Assembly: GCA_964410585.1 (NCBI GenBank)
Contig: CAYPFW010000001.1
Span: 480,001-544,000, forward strand
Origin: an uncultured archaeon
GTDB taxonomy: Archaea > Aenigmatarchaeota > Aenigmatarchaeia > QMZP01 > JACQNV01
Length of the DNA: 64,000 bases
Direction of reading: 5' to 3'
The position numbers were made by a program, and so were the translations under genes. The notes below the pieces were generated by a model that was not told the DNA's origin, did no database searches, and saw only the letters and a program-made list of their open reading frames with translations. Shown piece by piece: positions 36,076 to 46,105 of the stretch (position 1 is its first letter; each line of letters starts with the position of its first letter).

Positions 36076-37359
36076 ATGGAATCGATTGTAATAGGCAGAG
36101 ACAAATCAGATCAGGAAAAATACGGCGAAAAGGGAACTGCTTTTATTGGAAAGCATATTGTAGGATCAGGCGATGACGCACACTTAACAAATCCTATCCT
36201 TTTAGACATGGTTAAGCCGCACGTTGTTCTTGTTCTAGGCAAAAGAGGAACTGGAAAATCTTACTCAGCTGGAGTTATAGCAGAAGAAATGACACTTTTG
36301 CCAAAAGAAATCAAAGACAATCTTTCTGTTATTTTGATTGACACAATGGGAATTTTTTGGTCAATGAAAACGCCAAATGATAGGGATAGGAAGCTTCTAA
36401 AAGAATGGAATTTAGACCCAAAAAAACTAGATGCAAGGCTGTTCGCGCCAAAAAAATTCGCAAAAGAGTACGAGGATGTTGGTGTCTCTGTTGACGGTAT
36501 TTTGGCTCTTCCTTGCGGCGAACTAGAAGCAGCTGATTGGATTCTCACTTTTGGTTTCAATCCAATTGAATCGCATGCAATTGCAATTGAAAAAATAATA
36601 AAAAGAGTAAGGGAGAGATTGGACAAAAAATATGGGATAAAAGACATACTTGCAGAAATAGACAAAGACAAAAAAATGGATCCTGTGATAAAAGAGGCTC
36701 TAGTTAATCGGTTTACAGTTGCAGAAGAATGGGGAGTTTTTGAAAAAGAAGGCACATCTATTTCCGACCTGTTTGCCGCTGGAACAGTGAATGTGATTGA
36801 TGTTTCTCATTTTATGAGAATGTCTGGATTTTGGTCTGTTCGAACTTTGCTAACAGGTTTGCTTTCTAGAAAAATTTTCATGGAGAGGTTGAAAGCAAGA
36901 AAATCAGAGGAATTTGAGACGATGACAGGCGAGAAGAGAAAAAAAGTGCCAATGGTTTGGATAATGATGGACGAAGCTCACCAATTTATTGGCAGGGAAA
37001 AAACAGCTGCAACAGAACCTTTGCTCACTCTGATAAAAGAAGGAAGAGAGCCAGGTATATCTGTTTTGCTTATCACTCAGAGACCAGGGAAGTTGCACGA
37101 AGATGCTTTGGCTCAAGCTGATTTGATTATTTCTCATAGACTAACCTCAAGAGAAGATATCAAAGCTTTGCAATCAACAATGCAGACATACATGCTCGAA
37201 GACATCACAGAATACTTGAGCGAACTTCCAAGGGATAAGGGCTCTGCTTTGATTTTAGACGACAATTCTGAAAGGCTTTTTACAGCACAAATAAGACCAA
37301 GGATAAGCTGGCATGCAGGCGGATCTCCTTCTGCGATAAAAGAGAAAGGCCTAGTTTAG
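36076..37359 (+). CDS. HerA/FtsK-like (DUF87) ATPase
   Basis: GKRGTGKS, IDTMG, MMDEAHQF, EGREPG, TQRP. Confidence 0.9.
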   Translation: MESIVIGRDKSDQEKYGEKGTAFIGKHIVGSGDDAHLTNPILLDMVKPHVVLVLGKRGTGKSYSAGVIAEEMTLLPKEIKDNLSVILIDTMGIFWSMKTPNDRDRKLLKEWNLDPKKLDARLFAPKKFAKEYEDVGVSVDGILALPCGELEAADWILTFGFNPIESHAIAIEKIIKRVRERLDKKYGIKDILAEIDKDKKMDPVIKEALVNRFTVAEEWGVFEKEGTSISDLFAAGTVNVIDVSHFMRMSGFWSVRTLLTGLLSRKIFMERLKARKSEEFETMTGEKRKKVPMVWIMMDEAHQFIGREKTAATEPLLTLIKEGREPGISVLLITQRPGKLHEDALAQADLIISHRLTSREDIKALQSTMQTYMLEDITEYLSELPRDKGSALILDDNSERLFTAQIRPRISWHAGGSPSAIKEKGLV

Positions 37360-37360
37360 T

Positions 37361-37990
37361 ATGGTTGAGAAAATTCAGTTTTTTTCTTCTGAGACAAATA
37401 GGTTCTACCAACTTTTTCCAACAAAAACAGCACCAACTTTGAAAATTTCTGGCGTGCCAATGCATAGGCATACTCATGTTGACCCCCTTACTGATACAGA
37501 ACTTAAAATAAAAGCACTCAAACCTCACGGTCTTGTGTTAGACACGTGCACTGGTTTAGGATACACAGCGATTTATTCTGCGAGAGAACCAAAGGTCACA
37601 AAAGTCATAACAGTGGAAAAAGATGAAAATGTTTTGAAAATAGCTGGAATGAATGAATTTTCAAACGACCTTTTTTCAAACCCAAAAATAGAAATTGTCC
37701 AAGCAAATGTTTTTGAGAAAATAAAAGAATTTCCTTCAAAACATTTTGATTCAATAATACATGACCCGCCAACATTTATCATGGCAACTGAACTCTATTC
37801 TTTGAAATTTTATGCAGAGCTTTATAGAGTTTTAAAACCAAAATCCAAGCTCTGGCACTATTGTCCTGAACCAGGTAAGCTAAGCGGAAAGAAGCCTTTG
37901 AGAGACAAAGTAAAAAGGAATTTGGAAGAAACAGGATTTAGAAAGGTTGTTTTTGATGTTCAGTCTTTTGGTTTGCTTGCTGAGAAATAA
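37361..37990 (+). CDS. Predicted archaeal SAM-dependent methyltransferase
   Basis: PTLKISGVPMHR, VLDTCTGLGYTAI, IIHDPP. Confidence 0.85.
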   Translation: MVEKIQFFSSETNRFYQLFPTKTAPTLKISGVPMHRHTHVDPLTDTELKIKALKPHGLVLDTCTGLGYTAIYSAREPKVTKVITVEKDENVLKIAGMNEFSNDLFSNPKIEIVQANVFEKIKEFPSKHFDSIIHDPPTFIMATELYSLKFYAELYRVLKPKSKLWHYCPEPGKLSGKKPLRDKVKRNLEETGFRKVVFDVQSFGLLAEK

Positions 37991-38557
37991 TTAAACCCTA
38001 TTATACATCTTGTGTAGTTTTGGCAAGAAAACATCCATGTGCGTGCCTGTTGCATCTCTTGTGTCTAATTCTCCAGCCCTTTGTGTCCAATGGTATGACT
38101 CGTGGTTTCTAACATCCCTGAAAGGCTCGCCTTTTAAATCACCTCTAACTACAACATTAAATCCCATGCTAGGAGTTGTATAACCAAACAAGCCTGAACC
38201 CATCAGATATTCGTGCTGTCTAATGATTTGCAAATATGTTCCAGGGACAAAAAGGGAAGAATCGCCTTCTTTGTAGTTTTCTGTATGCGTTACTGTTGGC
38301 TTTGGGCCAGAATAAATGAGCGGATGCTCAAAGTATTGGGTGTTTTGCTTGTTGTATTCGTTCTCTGAGTCACCTGATTTTTCAATTTTTTGGTCTATAG
38401 ATTTTTCATCTTTTGTCTTTTCCGGATTTGTTTTTTTATCGCTTTCTGTTCCTTCTTTTATTTTTTCATCCAGAATTTTTATCACATCTTCTGTCTTTTT
38501 CAAATCTGCAAAAACTTTCTTCAAGTCTTCCAACAACTGGATTTCTTCCTTCCTCAT
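37991..38557 (-). CDS. Hypothetical protein with C-terminal HExxH motif
   Basis: G.FGYT....., VRNHESYH, E..TR; start MRKEE follows a repeat. Confidence 0.7.
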   Translation of the reverse strand: MRKEEIQLLEDLKKVFADLKKTEDVIKILDEKIKEGTESDKKTNPEKTKDEKSIDQKIEKSGDSENEYNKQNTQYFEHPLIYSGPKPTVTHTENYKEGDSSLFVPGTYLQIIRQHEYLMGSGLFGYTTPSMGFNVVVRGDLKGEPFRDVRNHESYHWTQRAGELDTRDATGTHMDVFLPKLHKMYNRV

Positions 38558-38558
38558 A

Positions 38559-38705
38559 TAACCTTTTATCTTAAAAGCTTGACCAAAACAGGAGGCTAAA
38601 TCGTGTCTCCTCTTCGCAAAGTTGACACGAGACATCTCTGCATGCTTTGCACGCAGGAGATGCAGATTTTCCTTCGCTGTTGCTCGAAAAATTTTACGCC
38701 TTCCA
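38559..38705. repeat. Composite repeat: D, then A containing inverted B (38601-38666)
   Basis: GGAGGCTAAA[TCGTGTCTC...GATGCAGA]TTTTCC...ACGCCTTCCA. Confidence 0.85.
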
Positions 38706-38811
38706 ATAAAAGAAGGTTAGCAAAAGGCTTTATAAGCAGATCCCTAATATAAAGAGGCAATGAGGATAACGCTCCAGAATGATTTGTGATTTCACGAGAG
38801 TTGCTGAGCCC

Positions 38812-38891
38812 CAATCTTTTGTCACAAAAGATTGACCAAAACAGGAGGCTAATTTTTCTGCGTCTGCGGACTTGAAAAATTTACGCCTTCC
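38812..38891. repeat. Composite repeat D-A
   Basis: CAATCTTTT/AAAAGATTG-ACCAAAACA-GGAGGC...GCCTTCC. Confidence 0.8.
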
Positions 38892-38944
38892 CAAAACAAG
38901 CTAGCACAAGACACTATTTTTATATTGTTCGTATCAAATTTTAT

Positions 38945-39655
38945 TCAATCTTTCCCATTTAGAACTGGCGAGCTTCTTCCATATCTAATCGGAATAAACT
39001 GTCTTTCCAACGAGACCAATTCGCCAACCAAAAAGTTTGGCACTCCTCTTTCCCAGGCATTTGCTACAACATCTTGATTCCCGACAACTGCAAATTGAGT
39101 ATTTTCAGATCCCTCTGAAGCCATTCTAATCGTATCGCTCCAAACAATGTGGCTTCCACAAGCAAAAACAATCAAATTATATGTTTTCTCACCTAAAAAC
39201 TGAGATATGGCTCTTCTATTTATGGCGATATCAGTATCACATTTTAGGACTTTCTCAAAATAGCCTTGAAGTTTCCTGGTATCATCTTCTTCTCCAATAA
39301 TCAAAATATCAAACCGATTGCAAAAATCTATTGAGGATAATATCCCTTTCCTTTCTGTAGATGGGTAAAGCAATCTCCACCTCTCTCCTCTTGTATAGTT
39401 TGAAGAAAATGCTTTAGGATATTGGATTTGGGCTTTTACCTCCAGTGTTTTTGCAACAAAATGTGCGGCTGTTCTTGGATCCCCTGAACTAAAATCAAAT
39501 TCTAAATAATCTAAATGCTGAACACCAATTGTTCTCCTTTTTCTTTGTCCAAAGGAATCCCTATATTCCCTGCTTTCATCTGCTCTGGATACAGAAACCT
39601 CAATTCTACCGTCTGTCCCATTTCCATGAGCTTCTATGTTTATTCCATATCTCAT
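38945..39655 (-). CDS. Hypothetical protein (C-terminus weakly receiver-domain-like)
   Basis: DILIIGEED...L...F......YNLIV pattern. Confidence 0.6.
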   Translation of the reverse strand: MRYGINIEAHGNGTDGRIEVSVSRADESREYRDSFGQRKRRTIGVQHLDYLEFDFSSGDPRTAAHFVAKTLEVKAQIQYPKAFSSNYTRGERWRLLYPSTERKGILSSIDFCNRFDILIIGEEDDTRKLQGYFEKVLKCDTDIAINRRAISQFLGEKTYNLIVFACGSHIVWSDTIRMASEGSENTQFAVVGNQDVVANAWERGVPNFLVGELVSLERQFIPIRYGRSSPVLNGKD

Positions 39656-39704
39656 TAGAGAAATGATCAAGTAAGTTTTTTAAGTTTTGAACCAAGCTTT
39701 GTAT

Positions 39705-40958
39705 ATGGGATTTTTGGATGTTTTTAAGACAAAGAAGACTCTTGTGCAGGAATCAAGCAAGGTTCAGATCCAATTTTCCGATTTCCAAAAATGGTTTGAA
39801 AAAGAGTTTTCAGGAAAAATAGAAAAAGCAGAATCAGATATAAGGAAAATAAACAAGCAAATCTTGGAGAGCCTTCCTGAAATAAAGAAATCAATACAAA
39901 AACTCGAAAAGGCAAAAATCGAAGAAAAGCACAGAGAGGATTCTATAATAAATTCTTTGAAAGAAAGCTACTACAAAAGAGCGCTTTCAACATACAACAA
40001 GTTTCCAACAGAACTTATAGATGATTTTGACAAGAAAGTTCAATCTATTTTAACTGAGCTAAACAACCCAAATCCAAAGGAAATATTTGTTGTATCTACT
40101 TATTTTAAAAACGAGTCTAAAAGTCTCATAGATTCCCTAAAACAAACACAGGAACTACTAACAAAACTTGATCAGTATGTTTCGGGTGATGGAAAAATAG
40201 TTTTTGTAAAAGGGGAAGTTGATAGCCTTCTAAACACATTTAACCGATATACGAATGAAAACAAAAGACTGGAACAAGAGATTTTAGAAAACGAGAAAAA
40301 AACAAAAGAATTAACTGAAAGGATAGAAAGACTCAAATCTGACGTCGATCATTTGAAGAATAGTGACCAAGCTAAACGTGAGATAGAGCTTAGGTGGGGA
40401 ATAGAAATTTTGGAAAAGGATGTTTCTAGCCTGGAAATGTTGATCAAAGAAAATTTATCTGTTTTGAAAAGACCAATTGAAAAACTTCAGCACGAAGTTG
40501 ATCTTTTGGAAGACGAAAAAAAATCTTTGGATAAGTTTTCAAAATCACCATTCAAATTTTTCTCAGATGAACCAAACGAGGTTTCTGTATTTTTTGAGCT
40601 AATTAAGAAAAACCTGCACCTACTGAAACTAAAAGACACGGACGCTGAAAAAATAAAGGTCTTTGATTTTGAAAGGCTCAAACAAATGAGGGAAGATTAT
40701 TTACAAAAGATAGTTGAAAGAGGTCAAGCTCAAAACAAGCTTGAGGAAAGCGACTTGAACGCTGAAATACAAGGCTTGGAGCAAGAAAATGAGAGAACTG
40801 TGAAGGACATAGAAGAGCTTTTGAAGGATGGGCAGAAGGACAAAAACAAAATTGCTGAAAACAAAAGTGAAGCTGCAAAAATAAAGGAGAGCCTTAGGAA
40901 AATGATCTTTGAAAAACTTAGTATTGAAATCGAGTTTATAGAAGATATAAAAGACTAA
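39705..40958 (+). CDS. Coiled-coil hypothetical protein
   Basis: Long K/E-rich helical ORF. Confidence 0.8.
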   Translation: MGFLDVFKTKKTLVQESSKVQIQFSDFQKWFEKEFSGKIEKAESDIRKINKQILESLPEIKKSIQKLEKAKIEEKHREDSIINSLKESYYKRALSTYNKFPTELIDDFDKKVQSILTELNNPNPKEIFVVSTYFKNESKSLIDSLKQTQELLTKLDQYVSGDGKIVFVKGEVDSLLNTFNRYTNENKRLEQEILENEKKTKELTERIERLKSDVDHLKNSDQAKREIELRWGIEILEKDVSSLEMLIKENLSVLKRPIEKLQHEVDLLEDEKKSLDKFSKSPFKFFSDEPNEVSVFFELIKKNLHLLKLKDTDAEKIKVFDFERLKQMREDYLQKIVERGQAQNKLEESDLNAEIQGLEQENERTVKDIEELLKDGQKDKNKIAENKSEAAKIKESLRKMIFEKLSIEIEFIEDIKD

Positions 40959-40974
40959 GGATAAATATGTGCAT

Positions 40975-41292
40975 ATGCCAAAGGATTTTACAGAGAAAAG
41001 GATAGAAGTGTTGGTTGTTTTCCAGGAAAAGCTAGCTCTGAAAATGAATGATTCTGATTTTAGACACGAAGTTTTGGAACCTTTAATGTATTCTGGAATA
41101 AGCGAAGAAAGCCTAAACCATTTAGCTGATCATGTTTTGCAAGAAGAAGAATTGCAACATATTGTTAGGGAACTTCTAAAAGATGGATACGATGAAAAAG
41201 AGTTGAAGAGGGAGCTGAAAATCCTCCTGAAAAAAATGATCGAAAGGCTTTCTAAATTCAACACAGAAACAAACGATGATTATATTGGTTAA
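40975..41292 (+). CDS. Hypothetical protein
   Basis: Acidic helical ORF. Confidence 0.65.
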   Translation: MPKDFTEKRIEVLVVFQEKLALKMNDSDFRHEVLEPLMYSGISEESLNHLADHVLQEEELQHIVRELLKDGYDEKELKRELKILLKKMIERLSKFNTETNDDYIG

Positions 41293-42536
41293 GGCACCAA
41301 CCGCTCAACAGTTCTTGGGAATAAAATGACTTCTTTTATGTCTGGTAAATTTAGAATTTGCTGAACTATTCTATCCAAGCCTAATCCTGCACCTCCATGA
41401 GGTGCCTGTCCAACTTTAAAAGCATTCAAGTAAAACTCGAATTTATGCGGATCTAAACCTTTTGACTTCATCACCTTTGTAAGCACATCGTATCTGTGTT
41501 CTCTCTGACCGCCTGATGTGATTTCCATTCCCTTAAAATCTAAATCAAAGCCCCTTGAGTATTTTCCATCCATCATTATGTAAAACGGCTTTATTTGTGA
41601 AGGGTATTTTGTGAAAAAGTATAATTCATGTCCTTTCTTTTCCATCATCTCTCCAACTATCCTTTCTTCCGCATCACCAAAATCGTCTCCCCATTTAAGG
41701 TGCTTTGCGCCTTCTGTTTTTTGCAACATTTTCAAAACATCATCATAATGTAGGCGCGGGAATGGAAGTTCTGGGACTTTTACTTTTACATCAAGTAACT
41801 CTAGTTGATCTCTACAATTTTTTGAGACTTCTTTCAGAATATGATGAACCAATCCCTCAACAATTTTCATGACCTCTTCTTCTGATTCTATCCAAGCAAT
41901 TTCTGTATCTATCATTGTGATTTCAGAAACATGTTTTCTAGTATGACTTTTTTCAGCTCTGAACGTTGAACCTATTTCCCAGATTTTATTCAATCCAGAA
42001 GCCATCAACATTTGCTTGTAAAGCTGTGGTGATTGTCGTAAGAAGGCCTCTTTTCCATAATAGATCAAAGGAAAGAGTTCAGCTCCGCCTTCTGCGCCTG
42101 CTGCTTGTATAACTGGAGTCTGCACCTCAAAGAAACTGTTCTTGGTGAAATACTCTCTGACCAATCTAAGAACTTCAGATCTAACTGTGAAAATTGCCCT
42201 GACTTTTGGATCTCTCAAATCCATATATCTGTAGTCAAGCCTTTTGTCTTTGTTGCTTTCGCCTGGTTCAATTGGCAAAGGGGGAACTGCTTTGTTTACT
42301 AATTCTAATTTTTTTGGAATCAGCTCTTTTCCGCCAGGAGCTTGCTTTGCTTCTTTCCAATCGCCTTCAACAGAAACACAATCTTCCCTGTTTAATTTTG
42401 AAAACATCTCAAAAACTTCATCTGGCACATTTCCTTTTTTTGCAGTGACTTGGACCAAACCTTGCTCTGACCTTAACTGGAAAAATTTTAGTCCACCAAT
42501 GTCCCTTAGGCTTGAAACCCAGCCGTTCAATTTCAT
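41289..42536 (-). CDS. aspS: Archaeal-type aspartyl-tRNA synthetase
   Basis: GWV..LRD.GGL.F, RLDYRYMDLR, EGGAELF, QSPQLYKQ, FRAEKS, EITSGGQREH, PHGG.GLG.DR, FPR. Confidence 0.95.
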   Translation of the reverse strand: MKLNGWVSSLRDIGGLKFFQLRSEQGLVQVTAKKGNVPDEVFEMFSKLNREDCVSVEGDWKEAKQAPGGKELIPKKLELVNKAVPPLPIEPGESNKDKRLDYRYMDLRDPKVRAIFTVRSEVLRLVREYFTKNSFFEVQTPVIQAAGAEGGAELFPLIYYGKEAFLRQSPQLYKQMLMASGLNKIWEIGSTFRAEKSHTRKHVSEITMIDTEIAWIESEEEVMKIVEGLVHHILKEVSKNCRDQLELLDVKVKVPELPFPRLHYDDVLKMLQKTEGAKHLKWGDDFGDAEERIVGEMMEKKGHELYFFTKYPSQIKPFYIMMDGKYSRGFDLDFKGMEITSGGQREHRYDVLTKVMKSKGLDPHKFEFYLNAFKVGQAPHGGAGLGLDRIVQQILNLPDIKEVILFPRTVERLVP

Positions 42537-42617
42537 ATGACCTTTTATCCAAAAGGTCAATCAAAAACGGAGCCTAAAATTTGCTTCGCTGCTGCTCGCA
42601 AATTTTTACGGCTTCCA
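42537..42617. repeat. Composite repeat D-A immediately upstream of aspS
   Basis: TGACCTTTT/AAAAGGTCA, GGAGCC...GGCTTCCA. Confidence 0.8.
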
Positions 42618-42672
42618 TAACTGACCGACTTTTGAACAGAATAGGATAATAAGAGTGAAGAATTAATAAGCG

Positions 42673-43401
42673 TTACTTTGACTTGTTCCAAATATCTAGG
42701 AAGAAGTTTTTGTATTGATTATAAAGCTGATCTGAAGTCACTTCCACTGCTGTGGGTCTCTCACCATAAATAAGGCTGATCACCTTGTTTTCTATTATGA
42801 TTGTACCAAGAGGGATTTCATTTTTTGTAGACCTTATCTTTACGTGTGTATTTCTTTTAAAAGCCTCTCTGATTTTTTTGTTTAGTGAGAAATGACAAAT
42901 AATTCTGTCATCAATTTTCTTTTCTCTCAGCTTTTCATGAAATTTGACCAACATTTGAGTGATTGCTGAGTTATCATAACCATCTCTAAAAGCAAAGGCC
43001 CAATAGTGATCATTTTTGGATAAACTTTCAGCTATTCTACTGAACAGCGCTTTCATTGATTTGAACCCTTCATGGACAATTGCTATCTGTTTTGAATCAG
43101 AATATTTTTGCTTTTCTTTCAATTCCTTCAAAACATTTTCAAACCTTTTCTTTCTCTCTTCTATTATATTTAATATTTCCTGTGGATCTGATGCTTGGAA
43201 ATGTTTGGTTTTGGAAACCACTATATAGCTAACTAATCCTTTTTCTATGAGCTTGTCTAGTGTTTGGTAAACTTTGGAATGTTGGAGTTTTGACCTTGAT
43301 GCAATTGGCCCAACCTTTGTCAAACCAAGCTCTAAAAGAGCTGTATAGACTTTTATCTCCCTTTCTGAAAAACCAAGTTCTTTGAAAATTTCTCTATCCA
43401 T
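42673..43401 (-). CDS. TrmB-family transcriptional regulator
   Basis: LGFSEREIKVY.ALLELG...SKVYQTLDKLIEKGLV; paralog of 17857. Confidence 0.9.
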   Translation of the reverse strand: MDREIFKELGFSEREIKVYTALLELGLTKVGPIASRSKLQHSKVYQTLDKLIEKGLVSYIVVSKTKHFQASDPQEILNIIEERKKRFENVLKELKEKQKYSDSKQIAIVHEGFKSMKALFSRIAESLSKNDHYWAFAFRDGYDNSAITQMLVKFHEKLREKKIDDRIICHFSLNKKIREAFKRNTHVKIRSTKNEIPLGTIIIENKVISLIYGERPTAVEVTSDQLYNQYKNFFLDIWNKSK

Positions 43402-43526
43402 ACTTAAAACCTCCAGCGGGTTTTAAGGAATCCAGCAACCATAGACTATTTTCGATTTAGAACTTATAAATCTTATATCTCCAAAGGGGGTAAACAAAGT
43501 TGATATAGATTAGTTTCTATTATTAA

Positions 43527-44531
43527 GTGATGAATATGGCTAACATAAGAAAAGATTTATTGAATAAACTGGAGTTAAGAAGGCCTGAAGATGGGCAGGT
43601 TATTTTTACATATTTGGATGGACAGAGGTTGGCTATCAAAGACGAAAGCCAGCACGCAACCGACACCTACAAGGATTGGCACGGTTGGGGAATGGATGTA
43701 GACTATGTGAAAAATAGACATCCAAAAAAATTCATCTACTATCTTGTTTCAACTGGAAATGCAGGGATGTCTGACTTATACTTTGCAGATGAACTCAATA
43801 AAATTCTGGGGGAAGAAAAAATCACTGTTGTTGTTTTTTATCCAAAACACTATGACACAAAGCTTCTTGGTCCAGACAGCAAAAGAAGATGGACAAATGG
43901 AAAGCGATTTAGGGAGGAAATGGAGAGATATGGCAAAGTCATCCAAGTTGATTTTAATGAAAGGTTTTGGTCTAGACAGGCTTGTTTAGACAGGATGAAT
44001 GAGGAAGGGATTCCAGCAACACCTGAAAACTCAATGGACATTACAGAAGGCTTCAAACCAACATACGACCAAATAATGGAAAATTTTGGAGCACAGATCA
44101 TAAAAAAGTTTGGTTATTTTCCAAGAACTCTGGCAGTCAAACAATTTGGCGCAGGCATGCTGTATGACGATTGTAAAGCAGTTGCACGAAGGCATAGATG
44201 GCCAGTTGATTTTCTTGCAGTTAGCACAGGAAACAAAGACACAATAGCTGACAAAATCTGCGATGTTTCAGAAACTTGGCAAGAAAGCAGATCAGATCTT
44301 ATGACAAATGGGTATACAATCGCCAGGAACAGTGGAGATAGAATATACCAAGTATCCGATCAAGATATTTTCTGGGCTATGGAGCAGTTTGACAGTCGCG
44401 GTCTTGAATCAAGTCCTTCAGGTGCATCAGGATTAGCAGGTGTGAGAACAGCAAAACAAATAGTAGGAAAGCGATACGAACTTATTGCAACAATTGGAAC
44501 AGGAAATGAAATTGGGAGGTATGCTCAATGA
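43527..44531 (+). CDS. Divergent PLP-dependent fold-type II (threonine synthase/PALP-like) enzyme
   Basis: KDES..AT.TYKD (Schiff-base Lys region), STGNAG, E.SP.GASGLAG, ..TG. Confidence 0.65.
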   Translation: MMNMANIRKDLLNKLELRRPEDGQVIFTYLDGQRLAIKDESQHATDTYKDWHGWGMDVDYVKNRHPKKFIYYLVSTGNAGMSDLYFADELNKILGEEKITVVVFYPKHYDTKLLGPDSKRRWTNGKRFREEMERYGKVIQVDFNERFWSRQACLDRMNEEGIPATPENSMDITEGFKPTYDQIMENFGAQIIKKFGYFPRTLAVKQFGAGMLYDDCKAVARRHRWPVDFLAVSTGNKDTIADKICDVSETWQESRSDLMTNGYTIARNSGDRIYQVSDQDIFWAMEQFDSRGLESSPSGASGLAGVRTAKQIVGKRYELIATIGTGNEIGRYAQ

Positions 44532-45136
44532 TAAAATATTTGGCAGCTTCGGCACTTGCATTGTTAATTGGTTGCGCGGCTCCGCAGAATAAGTCTGGAT
44601 CAGTAGAATTGTCAAGGGACAGCAGGGATTATACTAGCTTGAATGTTTATGGGAAAGCTGATTTGCCTATTGGAAATGTTTTCGGGCAGATAGAATTGAA
44701 GTCTGTACCAGGAGATGATGCATCAGACTTGGGTACTTTTAATATGAGGGCTAGAAATGTGAGATATATTAGAGACCTAGGTTTAGCAGCTGAACATAGG
44801 GGTTCAAGTGGGCCCAATAACGATGTTGATGAGATTGGTATTGCCTACAAACCAATAAAAGGTGTTGAAGCACGATTTTATCCTGCCACATCTGATGGAA
44901 GCAGTCAATTAGGGATTTCTTTCAGAGGAAATTTAGGAGAGTTCCATGGTTGGGATTTTTACTTTGGTGGTTTTGCTGATGTTAAGTTAGATGATGGAAA
45001 AACTTCTGGTGGAGGTAAGGCTAGTATATGTGCTGAAAAAGATGATATTGGCGTATTTTTGGAGATTAGACATTTCGATTCTGACAGAACAATTGGAAGA
45101 CTTGGAGGTGCTGCTGGACTTAGGTTTGGTTTTTAA
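44528..45136 (+). CDS. Secreted/lipoprotein, beta-strand-rich
   Basis: Signal with LLIGC, alternating-polarity strands, C-terminal GLRFGF. Confidence 0.7.
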   Translation: MIKYLAASALALLIGCAAPQNKSGSVELSRDSRDYTSLNVYGKADLPIGNVFGQIELKSVPGDDASDLGTFNMRARNVRYIRDLGLAAEHRGSSGPNNDVDEIGIAYKPIKGVEARFYPATSDGSSQLGISFRGNLGEFHGWDFYFGGFADVKLDDGKTSGGGKASICAEKDDIGVFLEIRHFDSDRTIGRLGGAAGLRFGF

Positions 45137-45841
45137 TCACTCGGAAATCTCCTTGCACTCCTCGCTTTTTTTCAAACCAAAAAAATTGCTGAGCTTGCCC
45201 TGTATCCTGCTTCCTTCAAGCTGTTTTATTGTGTCCCAGCTTTTTCTGACTATGTGTGGAAATTCTTTATGTGTTTTTCTCCATTCTCTCAGCCAATTCA
45301 TTGTTATTTCATTTGAAGGGTAGCCTGGGCCAAAATCTCCAAATTCTTTTTTCAATTCTTCAACCTCCTTTTCCCTTTCAACTTTTGCTATTATAGAAGC
45401 AGCTGAGACAACTTTGTATGTTGAATCTGCCTTATGTTCGACAACAAGTTCTGTGTTATTTTTCACCATGTGTTCTATGAAAGCTTTTATTTTTTTTAGG
45501 TTTGTATCAGGGGAATCAATATATGCAACTTGTCCATTCAAGTAATTAATTATATCTGCGAATTTCATTGCTTCCATTTTGTTTAGGTTAATTCCTTGGG
45601 ACTGATAGTTGTCGATTTTGCATGCACCTAATTTGATTACCAAAACATCTTTTGCAATATCTTCTATCTTTTTAGCAAGCTCTACGCGCTTTTTTTGAGA
45701 AAGCTCTTTTGAATCCTTCGCGCCCATTTTTTCTAGCAAAGGAATTTTGCTTTCTTCGATAGATACGCCCGCAATTACAAGTGGGCCAATGACAGCGCCT
45801 CTTCCGGCTTCATCAATGCCGACTACAATTTTCTCTACCAT
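45137..45841 (-). CDS. rnhB: Ribonuclease HII
   Basis: GIDEAGRG.VIGPLV, KDSK, EHKAD, VSAASIIAKV, GYPS. Confidence 0.97.
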   Translation of the reverse strand: MVEKIVVGIDEAGRGAVIGPLVIAGVSIEESKIPLLEKMGAKDSKELSQKKRVELAKKIEDIAKDVLVIKLGACKIDNYQSQGINLNKMEAMKFADIINYLNGQVAYIDSPDTNLKKIKAFIEHMVKNNTELVVEHKADSTYKVVSAASIIAKVEREKEVEELKKEFGDFGPGYPSNEITMNWLREWRKTHKEFPHIVRKSWDTIKQLEGSRIQGKLSNFFGLKKSEECKEISE

Positions 45842-45874
45842 AAACTCTATATCTATATTGTACTAATATATAAT

Positions 45875-46105
45875 ATGGAACTGAAAATCCTCGACAAACT
45901 AAAAGAAATGAACAGAATAACAAAAGTAGTTTGGGCTTTGCTAATTTTATTCTTTGTTGGAATTTTAATTTCTCATCTTACAGGAAGCTTGAACCAAATT
46001 GTGCTAATTTTGGGTGGTGCGTTTTTTTGGATATTTGTGGCGCTGTTGTTTGTTTTAATTGTTGCTATTTTCCTTGGGATTTTGGGGATTAGATTAAAGA
46101 AGTAG
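45875..46105 (+). CDS. Small two-TM membrane protein
   Basis: Hydrophobic 76-aa ORF. Confidence 0.65.
   Translation: MELKILDKLKEMNRITKVVWALLILFFVGILISHLTGSLNQIVLILGGAFFWIFVALLFVLIVAIFLGILGIRLKK

Noticed and set aside
38558-38814. N-terminal extension of ORF 37991 and ORF 38596-38814
   Set aside because: These are translations of the palindromic repeats; the same applies to extensions at 22527, 23287 and 42560
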